A DNA stretch of 32,000 bases, from assembly GCA_018110905.1 (NCBI GenBank), contig JAGBAZ010000064.1, positions 63,249 to 95,248 on the forward strand. Direction: 5' to 3'. This DNA comes from Oscillospiraceae bacterium (GTDB lineage Bacteria; Bacillota; Clostridia; Oscillospirales; Ruminococcaceae). A program made the position numbers and the translations under genes. Below, one piece after another: positions 30,161 through 32,000 of the stretch. Positions within the stretch are counted from its first letter, which is position 1, and each line of letters begins with the position of its first letter. Below the pieces are notes generated by a model, which was given only the letters and a program-made list of their open reading frames with translations, did no database searches and was not told the origin of the DNA.

Positions 30161-31516
30161 ATGAGTTTAGTCGAAACCGTAAAGAATGCCGGTATAGTCG
30201 GTGCGGGCGGCGCAGGTTTTCCTACCCATGTAAAACTGAACGCTAAATCCGAGTACTTCATTGTCAATGCAGCAGAGTGTGAGCCCCTTATCGAAACCGA
30301 TAAGTTCCTCATGCGTACCAGAGCAGCAGACCTTGTAAAAGGTGTTGACATGATCGCAAAAGAACTCGGCGCTGACAAAAAGTACATAGCTCTTAAAGCA
30401 GCATACAAAACCGAAATTGCTGCTCTCGAAGCTGCTATTGCTGAAGCCGGAAGCGACATCAAACTCCACAAAATGGGCTATTTCTACCCGGCTGGTGACG
30501 AGCAGGTAATCGTTTGCGAAATCACCGGTAAATCCGTTCCCGAAAGAGGAATTCCGCTTATGGTAGGCGCTGTTGTTGACAACGTCGGTACTGTTCTCAA
30601 CATCGTAGATGCTTTTGAGGGCAAACCTGTTACCGATAAATTCCTCAGCGTTGTCGGTGAAGTAAAACATCCTGTTATGCTTTCCGTACCGCTCGGAACT
30701 TCTGTTCGTGCGTGCGTTGAAGCAGCAAACCCCACCATTTCCAACTATGCAGTAATCATGGGCGGACCTATGATGGGCGGTGTTCACGATCAGGAAGAAG
30801 ATATCGATAAACTTGTTATCACCAAAACCGATGGTAACATCATCGTTCTTCCCAAAGATCATCACCTTGTAAGATGGGCTCACCTCAAATCCGAGTCCAT
30901 GAAGAACAGAGCAAAATCCAGCTGCATCCAGTGCCGTATGTGCACTGATAACTGCCCCAGATATCAGATTGGTCATGATATTGAACCTCATAAGATTATG
31001 AGAAACCTTTACAGAGTTAACATGATCAACGATAATGACGAATTCCTTCGCGTATTCGGACATGCAATCAACTGCTGCGAATGCGGCGCTTGCGAACTCT
31101 TCTCCTGCCCGATGCACCTTGCTCCCAGAAAAGCAAACGTTTATATCAAGAACGAGCTTCGCGCAAGAGGAATCGATGTTCCCAAGAACATGGAACCCGT
31201 TGAAAGACCTGAACGCGAGGTCAGAAAGATTCCGACCAACCGCCTTGCAGCTCGTCTTGACCTTACCAAATACTATGGCAAACATCTTCTTACCGATGAA
31301 CCCATCGTTCTTGAACCCGAAACTGTTGAGATTCCTCTCAAACAGCATATCGGCGCTCCTTCCACCGCTTGTGTTGCCGTTGGCGACAAAGTTAAGAAAG
31401 GCGACATAATCGGCCAGATGGACGAAGGCAAACTTGGTGCGAATGTTTATGCAAGCTTTGACGGCGAAGTTATCGCTGTTACTGACAGAGTAGTATTAAG
31501 GAGGGAGAGCAAATGA
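30161..31516 (+). CDS. PduS/RnfC-like flavo-iron-sulfur protein (SLBB plus two 4Fe-4S motifs), microcompartment-associated
   Basis: Start moved to ATG 30161 after GGGAGG. ..NAGIVGAGGAGFPTHVKL.. is an RnfC/PduS-type nucleotide-binding motif. CIQCRMCTDNCP and CCECGACELFSCP are ferredoxin-type clusters. A BMC shell gene follows. Confidence 0.75.
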   Translation: MSLVETVKNAGIVGAGGAGFPTHVKLNAKSEYFIVNAAECEPLIETDKFLMRTRAADLVKGVDMIAKELGADKKYIALKAAYKTEIAALEAAIAEAGSDIKLHKMGYFYPAGDEQVIVCEITGKSVPERGIPLMVGAVVDNVGTVLNIVDAFEGKPVTDKFLSVVGEVKHPVMLSVPLGTSVRACVEAANPTISNYAVIMGGPMMGGVHDQEEDIDKLVITKTDGNIIVLPKDHHLVRWAHLKSESMKNRAKSSCIQCRMCTDNCPRYQIGHDIEPHKIMRNLYRVNMINDNDEFLRVFGHAINCCECGACELFSCPMHLAPRKANVYIKNELRARGIDVPKNMEPVERPEREVRKIPTNRLAARLDLTKYYGKHLLTDEPIVLEPETVEIPLKQHIGAPSTACVAVGDKVKKGDIIGQMDEGKLGANVYASFDGEVIAVTDRVVLRRESK

Positions 31517-32000
31517 TCCAGACTATCGGAATGCTTGAATTCAACAGCATTGCAAAAGGTATCGAAACCTGCGATGTAATGCTCAAAGCAGCGGACGTTT
31601 CTCTTATCAGAACTTCCACTGTATGCCCCGGCAAATATATCATCATCATCACCGGCGACACCGGTTCCGTTAAAGCCTCCATTCTTGCCGGCGAAATGAA
31701 CGGTGCAAACTGCGTTGTTGATAAGATGATTATCCAGAACGTACATCCCCAGCTTATTCCTGCACTCAGCGGCACCGCTCAGGTTGTTAAAGGCGATGCA
31801 ATCGGTGCAATGGAATTCTACAGCATCACTTCTGCTATCAAAGCAGCTGATGTTGCTGCAAAAGCTGCACAGATCAGCCTCGTTGGTATCACCATGGGTT
31901 ATGCTGTCGGCGGTAAAGGTATTGTAACCCTTACCGGTGATGTTGGTGCTGTAAGAGCCGCAGTTGCTGCTGGTATTGAAGAAGCAGCAAGAATGGACCT
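31513..32000 (+). CDS. tandem BMC-domain shell protein (PduT-like), 3'-truncated by the window edge
   Basis: ATG 31513 overlaps the upstream stop as ATGA. There are two BMC repeats: MIQTIGMLEFNSIAKGIETCDVMLKAADVSL..VCPGKYIIIITGDTGSVKAS and ..AIGAMEFYSITSAIKAADVAAKAAQISL..GKGIVTLTGDVGAVRAAV. Not in the ORF track because there is no stop inside the window. Confidence 0.8.
   Translation, partial: MIQTIGMLEFNSIAKGIETCDVMLKAADVSLIRTSTVCPGKYIIIITGDTGSVKASILAGEMNGANCVVDKMIIQNVHPQLIPALSGTAQVVKGDAIGAMEFYSITSAIKAADVAAKAAQISLVGITMGYAVGGKGIVTLTGDVGAVRAAVAAGIEEAARMD

Overview
Clostridia-type (sporulating Firmicutes) DNA. About 27.4 kb of an integrated mobile element (bases 1 to ~27449) meets conserved chromosome on the right. 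The host part carries divergent ylmC/ymxH, rpsB-tsf and the start of a microcompartment locus (PduS-like and tandem-BMC genes). The element ends with a large serine recombinase and interrupts the forespore sigma factor gene sigG after codon ~99 (..FSTYGVPMII). The sigG 3' part is not in the window, so the left end of the element lies beyond base 1. The element backbone, mostly on the minus strand, is plasmid-like: ParM and a ParR-like protein, a RepA_N initiator, a frameshifted DnaC/IstB-like ATPase, an orphan MobC, a RelB/RelE pair, and TnpV-like genes at the left. Three candidate immune cargoes stand out. (1) An AT-rich operon at 1077-4840: a divergent XRE regulator, a tandem class III cyclase, an E2/UBC-like protein and a PycTM-like 3-TM protein, i.e. 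Pycsar-like with an extra gene. (2) A 13.5-kb co-directional operon at 4898-18433 with four paralogous zinc-ribbon/TIR proteins. They share a constant ~300-aa N-terminal chassis and carry four different C-terminal modules. They surround an SPFH/multi-zinc-ribbon protein, a 4-TM protein and a small HTH protein. I cannot assign this set to any named defence system, and it is my best candidate for the novel system. (3) A self-contained STAND NTPase-TPR cassette flanked by perfect 30-bp inverted repeats that coincide with two promoter/operator regions. All family assignments come from motif recognition by eye; no searches were run.
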